DNA of 64,000 bases from a phage, in assembly GCA_036930585.1 (NCBI GenBank), contig GCA_036930585.1_3066.1; one strand, 5' to 3'. Under the pieces are notes generated by a model. The model searched no databases and was not told the DNA's origin. It saw only the letters and a program-made list of their open reading frames with translations. A program made the position numbers and the translations under genes. Below are positions 17,139 through 34,684 of the stretch, piece by piece (the first letter of the stretch is position 1; the number at the start of each line of letters is the position of its first letter).

Positions 17139-20100
17139 CAGTAAAAGCACCTTCAGTCACTAGTCTCAGAATTTCCAAGTTATCCGCAAATCAGGTGCAA
17201 GTACGCTGGGATGACGTTGGTGCTAATTTCTACTATTTTGTAGAAATCGCTGAGACAAAAACGAACTCGGGGGAAAATCTCCCGAGTAATCAATACAGAT
17301 GGATTAACTTAGGATATACTGCAAATAACAGCTTCTTTTTTGATGATGCTGACCCATTGACATCATACATTATCAGAGTAGCTACAGCTGCGCAAGATTT
17401 TGAGCAGTCTGATTGGATTTATACCGAAGAGTTTGAAACTTTTGCTACAAATGCTTATACATTTCAAAACATGATTGAAATGCAATTAGCCAATAAATTC
17501 ATTCAGGAAAAATTTACTCTTAATAATTCTGATTATGTTAATTTTAACAATGACACTATAATGGCTGCATTGATGAATGAATCATTTCAATTCAGCCCAT
17601 CGTATGTTGATGTTTCATCAATAAGTAATTTTATTATTGGTGAAAATGAGTATCATGAAATACAAGGTTCTATTCAGCAAGTATGTAAGGATATTAACCG
17701 AGTTTATTTGATGGAATCAGAAGGGATTCTATATCTTTTTGAGCGCTATCAGCCTGTAGTTAAAGTATCCAATGATAAAGGACAAACCTGGAAAGCTGTA
17801 AAGCTCTTCAATGACCGTGTAGGATATCCTTTATCTAAGACAGTATATTACCAATCTGCAAACACAACATACGTTCTAGGATACGACAAGATTTTCTATG
17901 GCCGTAAATCGACTGACGTTAGATGGTCAGCAGATGATGTCAGATTCAGTTCGCAGGATATAACATTTGCTAAACTTGGCGACCAGTTACATTTAGGATT
18001 TGATGTAGAAATCTTTGGTACTTATGCGACTTTACCAGCGAATGTATATCGTATAGCTGAAGCCATTACTTGTACGGATGATTATATCTATGTTGTTGCC
18101 AGAGATAAAGTTAGATATATAAAAACGAGCAATGCACCTATAGATTCTGATCCATTATCTCCAACATATTCGGAAAGGCTATTTGAATCTGATACAATGA
18201 CTATAACTGGAAATCCTAAAGCAGTATGCTATAAAATGGATTCTATTGGTGATAAAGTTTTTGCTCTTATTATCGGTGAAGTTGAAACATTAAATGCTAA
18301 TCCTAGAACGTCAAAAATAATTGATTCTATTGATAAAGGAATATATGTTTTAAATCATGACACAAAAACGTGGAAAAGAGTTTTTGGCAACACTGAAGAA
18401 GAAAGAAGACGTATTCAACCTGGGTATGCGAATATGTCAACTGATGGTAAATTAGTTTCTCTATCTTCGAGTAATTTTAAATTTTTAAATGATAACGTTG
18501 TTAATGACCCTGAAACTGTAGCAAAATATCAGTTAATCGGTGCCGTTAAATATGAATTTCCTCGTGAATGGTTAGCTGATAAGCAGTATCATATGATGGC
18601 ATTTATAGCAGATGAAAAGTCTGATTGGGAAACTTTTACGCCTCAGCCAATGAAATACTATGCAGAACCATTCTTTAACTGGTCTAAAAAGTCTAATACA
18701 CGGTGCTGGATAAACAACTCTAATAGGGCTGTGGTAGTTTATGCAGATTTAAAATATACTAAAGTTATTGAAAATTTTCCAGAAACATCGCCAGATAGAT
18801 TAGTTCATGAATACTGGGATGACGGCGATTGCACTATAGTAATGCCAAACGTTAAATTCACGGGATTTAAAAAATATGCGTCTGGGATGCTTTTTTATAA
18901 ATCTTCTGGTGAAATAATTTCTTATTATGATTTTAACTATCGTGTGAGAGATACAGTAGAAATTATTTGGAAGCCGACTGGAGTATTTTTAAAAGCATTT
19001 TTACAAAACCAAGAGCATGAGACTCCTTGGGCACCAGAAGAAGAGCATGGATTAGCTGACCCTGATTTAAGACCATTAATTGGCACAATGATGCCTGATT
19101 CTTATTTGTTGCAGGATTCGAATTTTGAGGCATTTTGTGAAGCATATATTCAATATCTTTCTGACGGATACGGAACTCAGTATAATAATTTACGAAATTT
19201 AATTCGTAATCAGTATCCACGAGAAGAGCATGCGTGGGAATATTTGTGGTCAGAGATATATAAAAGAAACATTTATTTAAATGCTGACAAACGTGATGCT
19301 GTTGCAAGATTTTTTGAATCACGTAGTTATGATTTTTATTCTACTAAAGGAATTGAAGCATCATACAAATTTCTTTTTAAAGTTCTTTATAATGAAGAAG
19401 TTGAAATTGAAATTGAATCTGGAGCTGGTACTGAATATGATATAATCGTTCAATCTGATTCTTTGACTGAGGATTTAGTAGGACAAACGATTTATACAGC
19501 TACAGGAAGATGTAATGTTACTTATATAGAAAGAAGTTATTCTAATGGTAAATTGCAATGGACCGTGACTATACATAATCTTTTGGGGCGTTTAATAGCA
19601 GGGCAAGAAGTTAAAGCAGAAAGACTTCCTAGTTTTGAAGGCGAAATTATTCGTGGGGTTAAAGGAAAGGATTTGCTTCAAAATAATATAGACTATATTA
19701 ATAGAAGTCGATCATATTATGTAATGAAAATTAAATCCAATTTACCTTCTTCTCGTTGGAAATCTGACGTTATTCGTTTTGTTCATCCAGTAGGATTTGG
19801 ATTTATAGCAATCACGCTTTTAACTATGTTTATTAATGTCGGTTTAACTCTTAAACACACAGAGACAATAATTAATAAATATAAAAACTACAAATGGGAT
19901 TCTGGATTGCCTACTGAATATGCTGATAGAGTAGCTAAATTAACTCCAACTGGCGAAATTGAACATGATTCAGTAACAGGAGAAGCAATTTATGAACCTG
20001 GCCCAATGGCTGGTGTAAAATATCCTCTTCCTGATGACTATAATGCTGAAAATAATAATTCAATATTTCAAGGTCAATTGCCTTCTGAACGACGCAAGTT

Positions 20101-20233
20101 AATGAGTCCTCTATTTGACGCATCTGGAACAACATTTGCACAATTTAGGGATTTAGTTAATAAACGTCTAAAAGATAATATAGGAAATCCAAGAGACCCT
20201 GAAAATCCAACACAGGTTAAAATAGATGAATGA
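17135..20233 (+). CDS. 7: baseplate wedge protein gp7
   Basis: 1032 aa, same as T4 gp7; synteny. Confidence 0.9.
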   Translation: MTVKAPSVTSLRISKLSANQVQVRWDDVGANFYYFVEIAETKTNSGENLPSNQYRWINLGYTANNSFFFDDADPLTSYIIRVATAAQDFEQSDWIYTEEFETFATNAYTFQNMIEMQLANKFIQEKFTLNNSDYVNFNNDTIMAALMNESFQFSPSYVDVSSISNFIIGENEYHEIQGSIQQVCKDINRVYLMESEGILYLFERYQPVVKVSNDKGQTWKAVKLFNDRVGYPLSKTVYYQSANTTYVLGYDKIFYGRKSTDVRWSADDVRFSSQDITFAKLGDQLHLGFDVEIFGTYATLPANVYRIAEAITCTDDYIYVVARDKVRYIKTSNAPIDSDPLSPTYSERLFESDTMTITGNPKAVCYKMDSIGDKVFALIIGEVETLNANPRTSKIIDSIDKGIYVLNHDTKTWKRVFGNTEEERRRIQPGYANMSTDGKLVSLSSSNFKFLNDNVVNDPETVAKYQLIGAVKYEFPREWLADKQYHMMAFIADEKSDWETFTPQPMKYYAEPFFNWSKKSNTRCWINNSNRAVVVYADLKYTKVIENFPETSPDRLVHEYWDDGDCTIVMPNVKFTGFKKYASGMLFYKSSGEIISYYDFNYRVRDTVEIIWKPTGVFLKAFLQNQEHETPWAPEEEHGLADPDLRPLIGTMMPDSYLLQDSNFEAFCEAYIQYLSDGYGTQYNNLRNLIRNQYPREEHAWEYLWSEIYKRNIYLNADKRDAVARFFESRSYDFYSTKGIEASYKFLFKVLYNEEVEIEIESGAGTEYDIIVQSDSLTEDLVGQTIYTATGRCNVTYIERSYSNGKLQWTVTIHNLLGRLIAGQEVKAERLPSFEGEIIRGVKGKDLLQNNIDYINRSRSYYVMKIKSNLPSSRWKSDVIRFVHPVGFGFIAITLLTMFINVGLTLKHTETIINKYKNYKWDSGLPTEYADRVAKLTPTGEIEHDSVTGEAIYEPGPMAGVKYPLPDDYNAENNNSIFQGQLPSERRKLMSPLFDASGTTFAQFRDLVNKRLKDNIGNPRDPENPTQVKIDE

Positions 20234-21230
20234 TTCAAGTGTTATCTATCGTGCGATAGTTACTTCAAAATTTAGAACAGAAAAAATGTTGAATTTTTAT
20301 AATTCAATTGGGAGTGGTCCGGATAAAAACACTATCTTTATCACATTTGGAAGGTCAGAACCGTGGTCATCAAATGAAAATGAGGTGGGCTTTGCCCCAC
20401 CTTATCCAACCGATTCTGTATTAGGCGTAACTGACATGTGGACGCATATGATGGGAACAGTAAAAGTTCTTCCATCAATGCTTGACGCTGTTATTCCTCG
20501 CAGAGATTGGGGAGATACTAGATATCCGGATCCATACACATTTAGAATTAACGATATTGTAGTGTGTAACTCAGCTCCTTACAACGCTACTGAATCAGGC
20601 GCAGGCTGGTTAGTATATCGTTGTTTAGATGTTCCTGATACCGGAATGTGTTCAATAGCATCTTTAACTAATAAGGATGAATGCCTCAAATTAGGCGGAA
20701 AATGGACTCCTTCTGTTAGGTCAATGACTCCTCCTAAAGGTCGAGGAGATGCGGAAGGAACAATCGAACCTGGAGACGGATATGTTTGGGAATATCTTTT
20801 TGAGATTCCGCCCGATGTATCTATAAATAGATGCACAAATGAATATATCGTAGTTCCTTGGCCTGAGGAATTAAAAGAAGATCCAACTAGATGGGGGTAT
20901 GAAGATAATCTCACTTGGCAACAAGATGATTTTGGATTAATTTACCGGGTTAAGGCAAATACTATCCGTTTTAAAGCATATTTAGATTCAGTTTACTTTC
21001 CTGATGCTGCATTGCCAGGAAATAAAGGATTTAGACAAATATCAATAATCACAAATCCTCTTGAAGCTAAAGCTCATCCAAATGACCCAAATGTTAAAGC
21101 TGAAAAGGATTATTATGATCCAGAAGATTTAATGAGGCATTCGGGCGAAATGATTTATATGGAAAATAGGCCACCTATTATCATGGCAATGGATCAGACA
21201 GAAGAAATCAATATTCTGTTTACATTTTAA
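20226..21230 (+). CDS. 8: baseplate wedge protein gp8
   Basis: 334 aa; synteny. Confidence 0.9.
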   Translation: MNDSSVIYRAIVTSKFRTEKMLNFYNSIGSGPDKNTIFITFGRSEPWSSNENEVGFAPPYPTDSVLGVTDMWTHMMGTVKVLPSMLDAVIPRRDWGDTRYPDPYTFRINDIVVCNSAPYNATESGAGWLVYRCLDVPDTGMCSIASLTNKDECLKLGGKWTPSVRSMTPPKGRGDAEGTIEPGDGYVWEYLFEIPPDVSINRCTNEYIVVPWPEELKEDPTRWGYEDNLTWQQDDFGLIYRVKANTIRFKAYLDSVYFPDAALPGNKGFRQISIITNPLEAKAHPNDPNVKAEKDYYDPEDLMRHSGEMIYMENRPPIIMAMDQTEEINILFTF

Positions 21231-21235
21231 ATTAA

Positions 21236-21259
21236 GGGAGCCCATGGGCTCCCTTTTTT
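21236..21259 (+). terminator. rho-independent terminator (GGGAGCCC-AT-GGGCTCCC + T6)
   Basis: Perfect 8-bp GC-rich stem followed by TTTTTT after gene 8. Confidence 0.7.
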
Positions 21260-21262
21260 CTT

Positions 21263-21270
21263 TATAAATA
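21263..21270 (+). promoter_or_regulatory. late promoter TATAAATA (gene 9)
   Basis: Exact TATAAATA 25 nt upstream of ATG 21295. Confidence 0.65.
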
Positions 21271-21294
21271 CTATAAACTCATAAGGAAACCGCT

Positions 21295-22161
21295 ATGTTC
21301 ATTCAAGAACCAAAGAAATTGATTGATACCGGCGAAATTGGTAACGCTTCTACTGGTGATATCTTATTCGACGGTGGTAATAAAATTAATAGTGATTTTA
21401 ACGCAATTTATAATGCGTTTGGCGATCAGCGTAAAATGGCAGTAGCAAATGGCACTGGAGCAGATGGTCAAATTATCCATGCTACTGGATATTATCAAAA
21501 GCACTCTATCGCGGAGTACGCAACTCCAGTGAAAGTTGGCACTAGACATGATATTGATACCTCTACTGTAGGTGTTAAAGTTATTATTGAAAGAGGAGAA
21601 CTTGGCGATTGTGTTGAATTCATTAACTCTAATGGATCAATATCAGTTACTAATCCTTTAACGATTCAGGCTATTGATTCAATTAAAGGCGTTTCAGGTA
21701 ATTTAGTAGTAACTAGTCCATATAGTAAAGTTACTTTACGTTGTATTTCATCTGATAATTCTACGTCGGTTTGGAATTATTCTATTGAAAGTATGTTTGG
21801 TCAAAAGGAATCACCTGCTGAAGGTACATGGAATATTTCTACATCTGGGTCAGTTGACATTCCATTGTTTCATCGTACTGAATATAACATGGCTAAATTG
21901 TTAGTTACATGCCAATCAGTAGATGGAAGAAAAATTAAAACGGCAGAAATAAATATTCTTGTAGATACTGTTAATTCAGCGGTCATTTCTTCTGAATATG
22001 CTGTCATGCGGGTTGGAAATGAAACAGAAGAAGACGAAATCGCTAATATTGCATTTAGTATTAAAGAAAATTACGTAACGGCGACTATAAGTTCTTCAAC
22101 TGTCGGTATGAGAGCAGCAGTTAAAGTTATCGCTACGCAGAAAATCGGGGTGGCTCAATAA
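21295..22161 (+). CDS. 9: baseplate wedge / long tail fiber attachment protein gp9
   Basis: 288 aa; synteny. Confidence 0.9.
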   Translation: MFIQEPKKLIDTGEIGNASTGDILFDGGNKINSDFNAIYNAFGDQRKMAVANGTGADGQIIHATGYYQKHSIAEYATPVKVGTRHDIDTSTVGVKVIIERGELGDCVEFINSNGSISVTNPLTIQAIDSIKGVSGNLVVTSPYSKVTLRCISSDNSTSVWNYSIESMFGQKESPAEGTWNISTSGSVDIPLFHRTEYNMAKLLVTCQSVDGRKIKTAEINILVDTVNSAVISSEYAVMRVGNETEEDEIANIAFSIKENYVTATISSSTVGMRAAVKVIATQKIGVAQ

Positions 22162-23966
22162 TGAAACAAAATATTAATATCGGTAATGTTGTAGATGATG
22201 GTACCGGTGACTACCTGCGTAAAGGTGGTATAAAAATAAATAAAAACTTTGATGAGCTTTATTATGAACTCGGTGATGGTAATGTTCCATATTCAGCCGG
22301 TGCTTGGAAAACTTATAATGCTTCATCTGGGCAAACATTAAAAGCTAAGTGGGGAAAATCATACGCTATTAATACTTCGTCTGGAAGAGTAACTTTACAA
22401 CTTCCTAAAGGAACTGTTAATGATTATAATAAAGTAATTAGAGCTAGGGATGTATTTGCAACATGGAACATTAATCCAGTTACTTTAGTAGCTGCTTCTG
22501 GGGATACAATTAAAGGGTCGTCATCGTCAGTTGAAATTAATATTCAATTTAGTGATTTAGAGCTCGTTTATTGTGCTCCAGGACGTTGGGAATATGTCAA
22601 AAACAAACAAATTGACAAAATTATTAGTTCAGATATTAGTAATGTAGCACGTAAAGAATTTTTAGTCGAAGTTCAAGGACAAACAGACTTTTTAGATGTT
22701 TTCCGCGGAACTAGCTATAATGTTAATAACATCCGAGTAAAACACCGTGGTAATGAATTATATTACGGCGATGTATTTAGTGAAAACAGTGACTTTGGCT
22801 CTCCTGGGGAAAATGAAGGAGAATTGATTCCTCTTGATGGATTTAATATTAGGTTAAGACAGCCTTGTAATATTGGTGACACTGTTCAAATTGAAACATT
22901 TATGGATGGTATATCACAATGGAGAAGTTCATATACAAGACGCCAAATAAAAGTATTAGATTCAAAATTAACGTCAAAAACTTCTTTAGAAGGAAGTATT
23001 TACGTTACTGATTTATCAACAATGAAATCAATTCCATTCTCTGCGTTTGGATTAATTCCTGGAGAACCTATTAATCCTAATTCTCTTGAAGTTCGTTTTA
23101 ATGGAATTTTACAACAACAAGCTGGAACAGCAGGATATCCTCTGTTTTTGTGTGAAGGTGCTAACTCAGATACGCAAGCAGGATGTATATCTCTTGGTGG
23201 TGAATGGAAAGAATCTAACACAGATTATTCTATAGAATATGAAGATGGAAAACCTGTCAGTCTTTTATTTGATAGAAAATTTGAATCAGGTGATATAATC
23301 GTTATAACATGGTTTAATAATGATTTAGGAACTCTTTTAGAAAAAGATGACATTATTGAATTAACTGATGACCGTTATGTTAGTAAAGGATCATCTACTG
23401 AAGTTACTGGGGATGTAGCCTTAACAGATTTTGATAAAATCGGTTGGCCAAATGTTGAAAAAGTTGATTCTTATACTAGAACGTATAATTCAATATCATC
23501 TATTTTCGATAGCATTTATCCTGTAGGTTCAATTTATGAAAATGCTATAAACCCAAATAATCCGGTGACTTATATGGGGTTTGGTTCGTGGAAATTATTT
23601 GGTAAAGGACAAGTTTTAGTAGGATGGAATGATGATGTTACAGATCCAAACTTTGCATTAAACAATAATGATTTAGATTCTAGCGGAAATCCTTCACACA
23701 CTGCCGGTGGAACAGTTGGAACAACGTCAGTAACGCTTGAAAATGCAAATCTTCCTGCGACTAAAACTGACGAAAGAGTTTTAATTGAAGATGAAAATGG
23801 ATCAGTTATTATTGGAGGTTGTCAATATGACCCAGACGAAACTGGTCCTATATATACAAAATATCGTGAAGACTACGCAACAACAAACTCTTCACATACT
23901 CCTCCTACTAATATTAGTAATATTCAACCGTCTATTACTGTATACCGTTGGATAAGGATTGCATAA
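22161..23966 (+). CDS. 10: baseplate wedge / short tail fiber attachment protein gp10
   Basis: 601 aa (T4 602); synteny. Confidence 0.9.
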   Translation: MKQNINIGNVVDDGTGDYLRKGGIKINKNFDELYYELGDGNVPYSAGAWKTYNASSGQTLKAKWGKSYAINTSSGRVTLQLPKGTVNDYNKVIRARDVFATWNINPVTLVAASGDTIKGSSSSVEINIQFSDLELVYCAPGRWEYVKNKQIDKIISSDISNVARKEFLVEVQGQTDFLDVFRGTSYNVNNIRVKHRGNELYYGDVFSENSDFGSPGENEGELIPLDGFNIRLRQPCNIGDTVQIETFMDGISQWRSSYTRRQIKVLDSKLTSKTSLEGSIYVTDLSTMKSIPFSAFGLIPGEPINPNSLEVRFNGILQQQAGTAGYPLFLCEGANSDTQAGCISLGGEWKESNTDYSIEYEDGKPVSLLFDRKFESGDIIVITWFNNDLGTLLEKDDIIELTDDRYVSKGSSTEVTGDVALTDFDKIGWPNVEKVDSYTRTYNSISSIFDSIYPVGSIYENAINPNNPVTYMGFGSWKLFGKGQVLVGWNDDVTDPNFALNNNDLDSSGNPSHTAGGTVGTTSVTLENANLPATKTDERVLIEDENGSVIIGGCQYDPDETGPIYTKYREDYATTNSSHTPPTNISNIQPSITVYRWIRIA

Positions 23967-24625
23967 TGAGTTTACTTAATAATAAAGCGGGAGTTATTTC
24001 CCGCTTAGCAGATTTTCTTGGTTTTAGAACTAAGAAAAATGATATTTCGATTATGAATAATCAGCCAGTAGGCGCTGTAACAATTTCACAAATATCAAAA
24101 GGTTTTTATGATTCAAATGTAGAATCTGCTATCAATGACGTTAGAAATATGGCAGAGCAACCGGTTGGAGCTGTATTAGTTAATATAAGCGGCGTATCTC
24201 CTACTGGCGTGCAACAAACCGACTATTGGTCATTTGAAGGAACTGTTACTGATACTTCAGTCAAATCAGGTGACCCAGTTATTGTTAACATGTTTGGTAT
24301 TCCAGTTAAAGCTACTAATGGAATGACTTCAATTGAATTTACTAGTGCCGTTAGAATAGCTCTACAGGAAATGGTTGTAAAATTTATTGCAATTGATTCA
24401 TTTGAAGACCATCCTACCATAGGAAATAAAATACAAGTTAAGTATTTAGATAACCAAGAACATATCTTAGAACAATACTCTGATAAAGGAATTACTTTCA
24501 AACAGGAAATAATTTCTCCTTCTAAACCTGGGTATGGAACTTGGCAATTATTAGGTGCGCAAACTGTTACGCTAGATAGTCACACACAACCTACAGTATT
24601 TTATTATTTTGAGAGAGTAGCATGA
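23966..24625 (+). CDS. 11: baseplate wedge protein gp11
   Basis: Track ORF trimmed to ATG giving [20 protein letters not shown] and the T4 gp11 length of 219 aa. Confidence 0.9.
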   Translation: MSLLNNKAGVISRLADFLGFRTKKNDISIMNNQPVGAVTISQISKGFYDSNVESAINDVRNMAEQPVGAVLVNISGVSPTGVQQTDYWSFEGTVTDTSVKSGDPVIVNMFGIPVKATNGMTSIEFTSAVRIALQEMVVKFIAIDSFEDHPTIGNKIQVKYLDNQEHILEQYSDKGITFKQEIISPSKPGYGTWQLLGAQTVTLDSHTQPTVFYYFERVA

Positions 24626-26178
24626 GTAACAATACATATCAGCACGTATCAAATGAATCAAAATATGTTAAATTCGATCCTACTGGATCGAATTTTCCTG
24701 GCACTGTTACGACAGTACAGTCTGCATTATCAAAAATAAGTAATATCGGCGTAAATGGTATTCCTGATGCAACTATGGAAGTTAAAGGAATAGCAATGAT
24801 TGCGTCAGAGCAAGAGGTTTTAGATGGAACTAATAATTCTAAAATCGTTACACCAGCTACATTAGCAACAAGATTATTGTATCCAAATGCTACTGAAACT
24901 AAATATGGTTTAACGCGTTATTCAACAAATGAAGAAACATTAAAAGGCTCAGATAATAATTCATCAATAACACCACAAAAACTGAAATACCACACTGACG
25001 ATGTGTTCAAAAATAGATATTCGTCTGAGTCATCAAACGGGGTTATTAAAATATCATCTACACCTGCAGCTTTGGCTGGAGTTGATGATACTACTGCGAT
25101 GACTCCGCTAAAAACCCAAAAACTTGCAATAAAATTAATTTCGCAAATAGCTCCTTCAGAAGACACTGCAACAGAATCGGTGAGAGGAGTAGTTCAATTA
25201 TCTACTGTTGCACAAATTCGTCAAGGAACTCTCCGCGAAGGATATGCAATTTCCCCGTATACCTTTATGAATTCTGTTGCAACACATGAATATAAGGGTG
25301 TTATACGCCTAGGAACGCAGACTGAAATTAATAATAATTTGGGTGGTGTTGCAGTAACAGGTGAAACACTAAATGGTCGAGGAGCTACCGGTTCTATGCG
25401 TGGAGTAGTTAAATTAACGACGCAAGCCGGTATTGCCCCTGAAGGTGATAGCTCTGGAGCATTAGCATGGAACGCAGATGTAATTAATACTCGTGGTGGA
25501 CAAACTATTAATGGTTCTTTAAATTTAGACCATCTTACAGCAAACGGAATTTGGTCACGCGGTGGAATGTGGAAAAATGGCGATCAACCTGTTGCCACTG
25601 AAAGATATGCGTCAGAAAGGGTTCCAGTTGGAACTATTATGATGTTTGCGGGTGATTCAGCACCTCCAGGTTGGAGTATGTGTCATGGTGGAACCGTGTC
25701 AGGTGACCAATTTCCTGATTATAGAAACGTAGTTGGAACAAGATTTGGTGGGGATTGGAATAACCCTGGCATTCCTGATATGCGAGGTCTTTTCGTCAGA
25801 GGAGCTGGCACAGGAAGTCATATTTTAAATCAACGAGGACAAGATGGTTACGGGAAGGATAGACTTGGTGTAGGATGTGACGGAATGCATGTCGGTGGTG
25901 TTCAGGCACAACAAATATCATACCATAAACATGCTGGTGCCTGGGGGGAAAATGGAAATAACAGAGGTTATGCACCGTTTGGCGCATCTAATGGCAATGG
26001 ATATTTGGGCAATGGTAGAAGCGCCGACTGGGACAACCATTTGTTCTTTACTAATGACGGATCTGAAATGGGTGGTCCTCGTGACTCGTTCGGCACGTTA
26101 AATCGTGAAGGATTAATTGGTTATGAAACTAGACCATGGAATATATCATTAAACTATATTATTAAAGTTCATTACTAA
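24622..26178 (+). CDS. 12: short tail fiber protein gp12
   Basis: 518 aa (T4 527); N-term [20 protein letters not shown]; C-term ...[10 protein letters not shown]. Confidence 0.9.
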   Translation: MSNNTYQHVSNESKYVKFDPTGSNFPGTVTTVQSALSKISNIGVNGIPDATMEVKGIAMIASEQEVLDGTNNSKIVTPATLATRLLYPNATETKYGLTRYSTNEETLKGSDNNSSITPQKLKYHTDDVFKNRYSSESSNGVIKISSTPAALAGVDDTTAMTPLKTQKLAIKLISQIAPSEDTATESVRGVVQLSTVAQIRQGTLREGYAISPYTFMNSVATHEYKGVIRLGTQTEINNNLGGVAVTGETLNGRGATGSMRGVVKLTTQAGIAPEGDSSGALAWNADVINTRGGQTINGSLNLDHLTANGIWSRGGMWKNGDQPVATERYASERVPVGTIMMFAGDSAPPGWSMCHGGTVSGDQFPDYRNVVGTRFGGDWNNPGIPDMRGLFVRGAGTGSHILNQRGQDGYGKDRLGVGCDGMHVGGVQAQQISYHKHAGAWGENGNNRGYAPFGASNGNGYLGNGRSADWDNHLFFTNDGSEMGGPRDSFGTLNREGLIGYETRPWNISLNYIIKVHY

Positions 26179-26187
26179 GGATTACAA

Positions 26188-27645
26188 ATGATTGAATTAA
26201 AAGATTTACCTTTTGTTGATAGCGTTCCTGACGAAGGTCAGGAACGTATTTCATGGATTAAAAATGGTGAAGAAATACTAGGAGCTAGCACTAAGTATGG
26301 AAACGATGGATCAATGAATAGACCAATTGTTTCCGTGTTTAAAAACGTCGAGGTTCTTGATGAAAATGTGGGAATTCTTAAAACTGCCATTGAAACATCG
26401 CAGAAAGATATTAAAACAATTCAAGGAGTTTTAGATGTATCAGGAGATATAGAAGCACTATCGCAGATCAGTGTTAATAAAAATGACATATCGAATTTAA
26501 AGACACTTACCAGTGAACACACTGATATATTAACTGGAACTAATAATACAGTTGACAAAATTATTGCTGATATAGGTCCATTTAATGATGAAGAAAACTC
26601 TGTTTATAGAACAATTAGAAATGATTTATTGTGGATTAAACAAGAACTAGGGCAATATTCTCACCAAGACATTAACGGTCTTCCTGTTGTTGGTAATGCT
26701 AGCACAGGAATGAAACACAGAATAATAACAAATAGTACATTATTATCTTCACAAGGCATTCGTTTAAGTGAATTAGAAAATAAATTTACTGAATCTGACG
26801 TAGGATCATTGACGGTTAAAGTTGGTAAATTACGCGATGAACTTGGTAATAAACCAGTAGATTTTGGGCCAAATATTTATAATAGATTAAACACCATAGA
26901 TGATAAACAAACTTTAATAATTTCTGATATAGCAGAAATTAAATCTTCTATTGGATACCCAGAAAATGTTTCTATAATAACAGAAATTAATAATAACAAA
27001 AGTAGCATTGAAGCTATTAATAATGAATTAAATCAGAGTGAAGGTGTTAAACAGCGCTTAACGGCTATTGAAACTTCTATAGGTTCAGATGATATTCCTT
27101 CTAGTATTAAAGGAAAAATTAAAAATCACACAACTTCTATTGAGTATTTAAACGGAATTGTTGGTGAAAACACTTCGTCTGGTTTAAGAGCGAATGTTTC
27201 GTGGTTAAATCAAATTGTTGGAACTGACTCCAGCGGAGGACAACCGTCTCCTTCTGGATCTCTATTAAATAGAGTTTCAGTGCTTGAAGGAGAAGTTTCA
27301 GTTTTAAACAATAATGTTCAAAATATACAAGTTGAAATAGGAAATAATAGAACAGGAATTAAAGGTCAAGTTATTGAACTTACTTCACTTATAAATGGAA
27401 ATAATCCTGACGGATCAACTGTTGAAGAACGAGGATTAACTAATTCTATAAAAACGAATGAAACCAACATTGCGGCAGTCACACATGAAGTAAATACAGC
27501 TAAAGACAATATATCCTCTTTACAGAGCAGCGTTCAAGCTCTACAAGAAGCAGGTTATATTCCTGAAGCTCCAAAAGATGGCCAAGCTTACGTTCGTAAA
27601 GACGGCGAATGGGTACTACTTTCTACCTTTTTATCACCAGCATAA
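26188..27645 (+). CDS. wac: fibritin (whisker) Wac
   Basis: 485 aa; heptad coiled-coil repeats; C-terminal foldon [27 protein letters not shown]. Confidence 0.95.
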   Translation: MIELKDLPFVDSVPDEGQERISWIKNGEEILGASTKYGNDGSMNRPIVSVFKNVEVLDENVGILKTAIETSQKDIKTIQGVLDVSGDIEALSQISVNKNDISNLKTLTSEHTDILTGTNNTVDKIIADIGPFNDEENSVYRTIRNDLLWIKQELGQYSHQDINGLPVVGNASTGMKHRIITNSTLLSSQGIRLSELENKFTESDVGSLTVKVGKLRDELGNKPVDFGPNIYNRLNTIDDKQTLIISDIAEIKSSIGYPENVSIITEINNNKSSIEAINNELNQSEGVKQRLTAIETSIGSDDIPSSIKGKIKNHTTSIEYLNGIVGENTSSGLRANVSWLNQIVGTDSSGGQPSPSGSLLNRVSVLEGEVSVLNNNVQNIQVEIGNNRTGIKGQVIELTSLINGNNPDGSTVEERGLTNSIKTNETNIAAVTHEVNTAKDNISSLQSSVQALQEAGYIPEAPKDGQAYVRKDGEWVLLSTFLSPA

Positions 27646-27648
27646 CAC

Positions 27649-27664
27649 GGGGCCGCAAGGCCCC
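27649..27664 (+). other. GC hairpin GGGGCC-GCAA-GGCCCC after wac (no T-run)
   Basis: Perfect 6-bp stem with tetraloop; probably an RNA stability element or weak terminator. Confidence 0.4.
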
Positions 27665-27676
27665 AAAGGATTTTAA

Positions 27677-29378
<1,702 letters not shown>

Positions 29379-29419
29379 TAAATATTATAAACTAATTAAA
29401 GCCCAGATTAGGAGAAATC

Positions 29420-32560
<3,141 letters not shown>

Positions 32561-32588
32561 TATTAAAGCATATTAAAGAGGATTAAAA

Positions 32589-34568
32589 ATGACTTTATTA
32601 TCTCCGGGCATTGAGCTCAAAGAAACTACGGTTCAAAGCACCGTGGTTAATAACTCTACTGGTACAGCAGCTTTGGCCGGTAAATTCCAGTGGGGTCCTG
32701 CTTTTCAGATTAAACAGGTTACAAATGAAGTAGATTTAGTTAATACTTTTGGTCAACCAACCGCTGAAACTGCTGACTATTTTATGTCTGCGATGAATTT
32801 CTTGCAGTACGGAAATGACTTACGAGTAGTTCGTGCTGTTGATAGAGATACCGCTAAAAACTCATCACCAATTGCTGGTAATATTGAATACACAATTTCT
32901 ACCCCAGGTAGTAACTACGCGGTTGGAGATAAAATCACGGTCAAATATGTTTCAGACGTTATTGAAACTGAAGGTAAAATTACTGAAGTAGACGCAGATG
33001 GAAAAATTAAGAAAATTAATATTCCTACTGCAAAAATTATCGCTAAAGCAAAAGAAGTCGGTGAATACCCGAAATTAGGTTCTAACTGGACTGCGGAAAT
33101 TTCTTCATCTTCCTCTGGTTTAGCTGCAGTAATAACTCTTGGAAAAATTATTACTGATTCTGGTATTTTATTAGCTGAAATTGAAAATGCTGAAGCTGCT
33201 ATGACAGCGGTTGACTTTCAAGCAAATCTTAAAAAATACGGAATTCCAGGAGTAGTAGCTCTTTATCCAGGCGAATTAGGCGATAAAATTGAAATTGAAA
33301 TCGTATCTAAAGCTGACTATGCAAAAGGAGCTTCTGCATTACTCCCAATTTATCCAGGTGGTGGTACTCGTGCATCTACTGCCAAAGCAGTGTTTGGATA
33401 TGGACCGCAAACTGATTCACAGTACGCTATTATAGTTCGTCGCAATGATGCTATTGTTCAAAGCGTTGTTCTTTCAACTAAGCGTGGTGAAAAAGATATT
33501 TACGATAGTAACATCTATATTGATGACTTTTTCGCAAAAGGTGGTTCAGAATATATTTTCGCAACTGCGCAAAACTGGCCAGAAGGCTTCTCTGGAATTT
33601 TAACTCTGTCTGGTGGATTATCATCAAATGCTGAAGTAACAGCAGGAGATTTAATGGAAGCCTGGGACTTCTTTGCTGACCGTGAATCTGTTGACGTTCA
33701 GTTGTTTATTGCGGGTTCTTGTGCCGGTGAATCTTTGGAAACAGCATCTACTGTCCAAAAACACGTCGTTTCAATTGGGGATGCTCGCCAGGATTGCTTA
33801 GTATTGTGCTCACCACCGCGCGAAACTGTAGTTGGAATTCCTGTAACTCGTGCAGTAGATAATTTAGTTAACTGGAGAACTGCGGCAGGTTCATATACTG
33901 ATAATAACTTTAATATTAGTTCAACCTACGCAGCAATTGATGGTAACTACAAATATCAGTATGACAAATATAATGATGTCAATCGCTGGGTTCCATTAGC
34001 AGCTGATATTGCCGGTTTATGTGCAAGAACCGATAACGTTTCTCAGACTTGGATGTCTCCAGCTGGTTATAATCGTGGTCAGATTCTTAACGTTATTAAA
34101 CTTGCTATTGAAACTCGCCAAGCTCAGCGCGACCGTTTATATCAAGAAGCTATCAACCCAGTAACTGGTACAGGTGGTGATGGTTACGTATTGTATGGTG
34201 ATAAAACAGCTACTTCTGTTCCTTCTCCATTTGATCGTATTAACGTTCGTCGTCTGTTTAATATGTTGAAAACGAATATCGGACGTAGTTCAAAATATCG
34301 TTTGTTCGAATTAAACAACGCGTTTACTCGTTCATCATTCCGCACAGAAACTGCCCAATACTTACAGGGAATTAAAGCTCTCGGTGGAATTTATGAATAT
34401 CGTGTAGTTTGCGATACAACAAATAACACTCCGTCAGTAATTGATAGAAATGAGTTTGTTGCAACATTCTACATTCAACCGGCGCGCAGTATAAATTATA
34501 TCCAGCTTAACTTCGTAGCAACTGCTACTGGTGCAGATTTCGATGAGTTAACTGGTCTTGCTGGTTAA
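32589..34568 (+). CDS. 18: tail sheath protein gp18
   Basis: 659 aa; synteny. Confidence 0.95.
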   Translation: MTLLSPGIELKETTVQSTVVNNSTGTAALAGKFQWGPAFQIKQVTNEVDLVNTFGQPTAETADYFMSAMNFLQYGNDLRVVRAVDRDTAKNSSPIAGNIEYTISTPGSNYAVGDKITVKYVSDVIETEGKITEVDADGKIKKINIPTAKIIAKAKEVGEYPKLGSNWTAEISSSSSGLAAVITLGKIITDSGILLAEIENAEAAMTAVDFQANLKKYGIPGVVALYPGELGDKIEIEIVSKADYAKGASALLPIYPGGGTRASTAKAVFGYGPQTDSQYAIIVRRNDAIVQSVVLSTKRGEKDIYDSNIYIDDFFAKGGSEYIFATAQNWPEGFSGILTLSGGLSSNAEVTAGDLMEAWDFFADRESVDVQLFIAGSCAGESLETASTVQKHVVSIGDARQDCLVLCSPPRETVVGIPVTRAVDNLVNWRTAAGSYTDNNFNISSTYAAIDGNYKYQYDKYNDVNRWVPLAADIAGLCARTDNVSQTWMSPAGYNRGQILNVIKLAIETRQAQRDRLYQEAINPVTGTGGDGYVLYGDKTATSVPSPFDRINVRRLFNMLKTNIGRSSKYRLFELNNAFTRSSFRTETAQYLQGIKALGGIYEYRVVCDTTNNTPSVIDRNEFVATFYIQPARSINYIQLNFVATATGADFDELTGLAG

Positions 34569-34584
34569 TACGGTGCATTCTAAA

Positions 34585-34602
34585 GGCCTGTTTCGGCAGG
34601 CC
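34585..34602 (+). other. hairpin GGCCTG-TTTCGG-CAGGCC after gene 18
   Basis: 6-bp GC stem directly abutting a late promoter. Confidence 0.4.
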
Positions 34603-34603
34603 A

Positions 34604-34611
34604 TATAAATA
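34604..34611 (+). promoter_or_regulatory. late promoter TATAAATA (gene 19, distal)
   Basis: Exact TATAAATA 74 nt upstream of ATG 34685. Confidence 0.5.
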
Positions 34612-34662
34612 CACTATATCCTTAATTCTTTAATTCTATATGCCCTAGGTTAAACATAGGGA

Positions 34663-34670
34663 TATAAATA
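34663..34670 (+). promoter_or_regulatory. late promoter TATAAATA (gene 19, proximal)
   Basis: Exact TATAAATA 15 nt upstream of ATG 34685. Confidence 0.6.
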
Positions 34671-34684
34671 CTACAGAGGCTAAT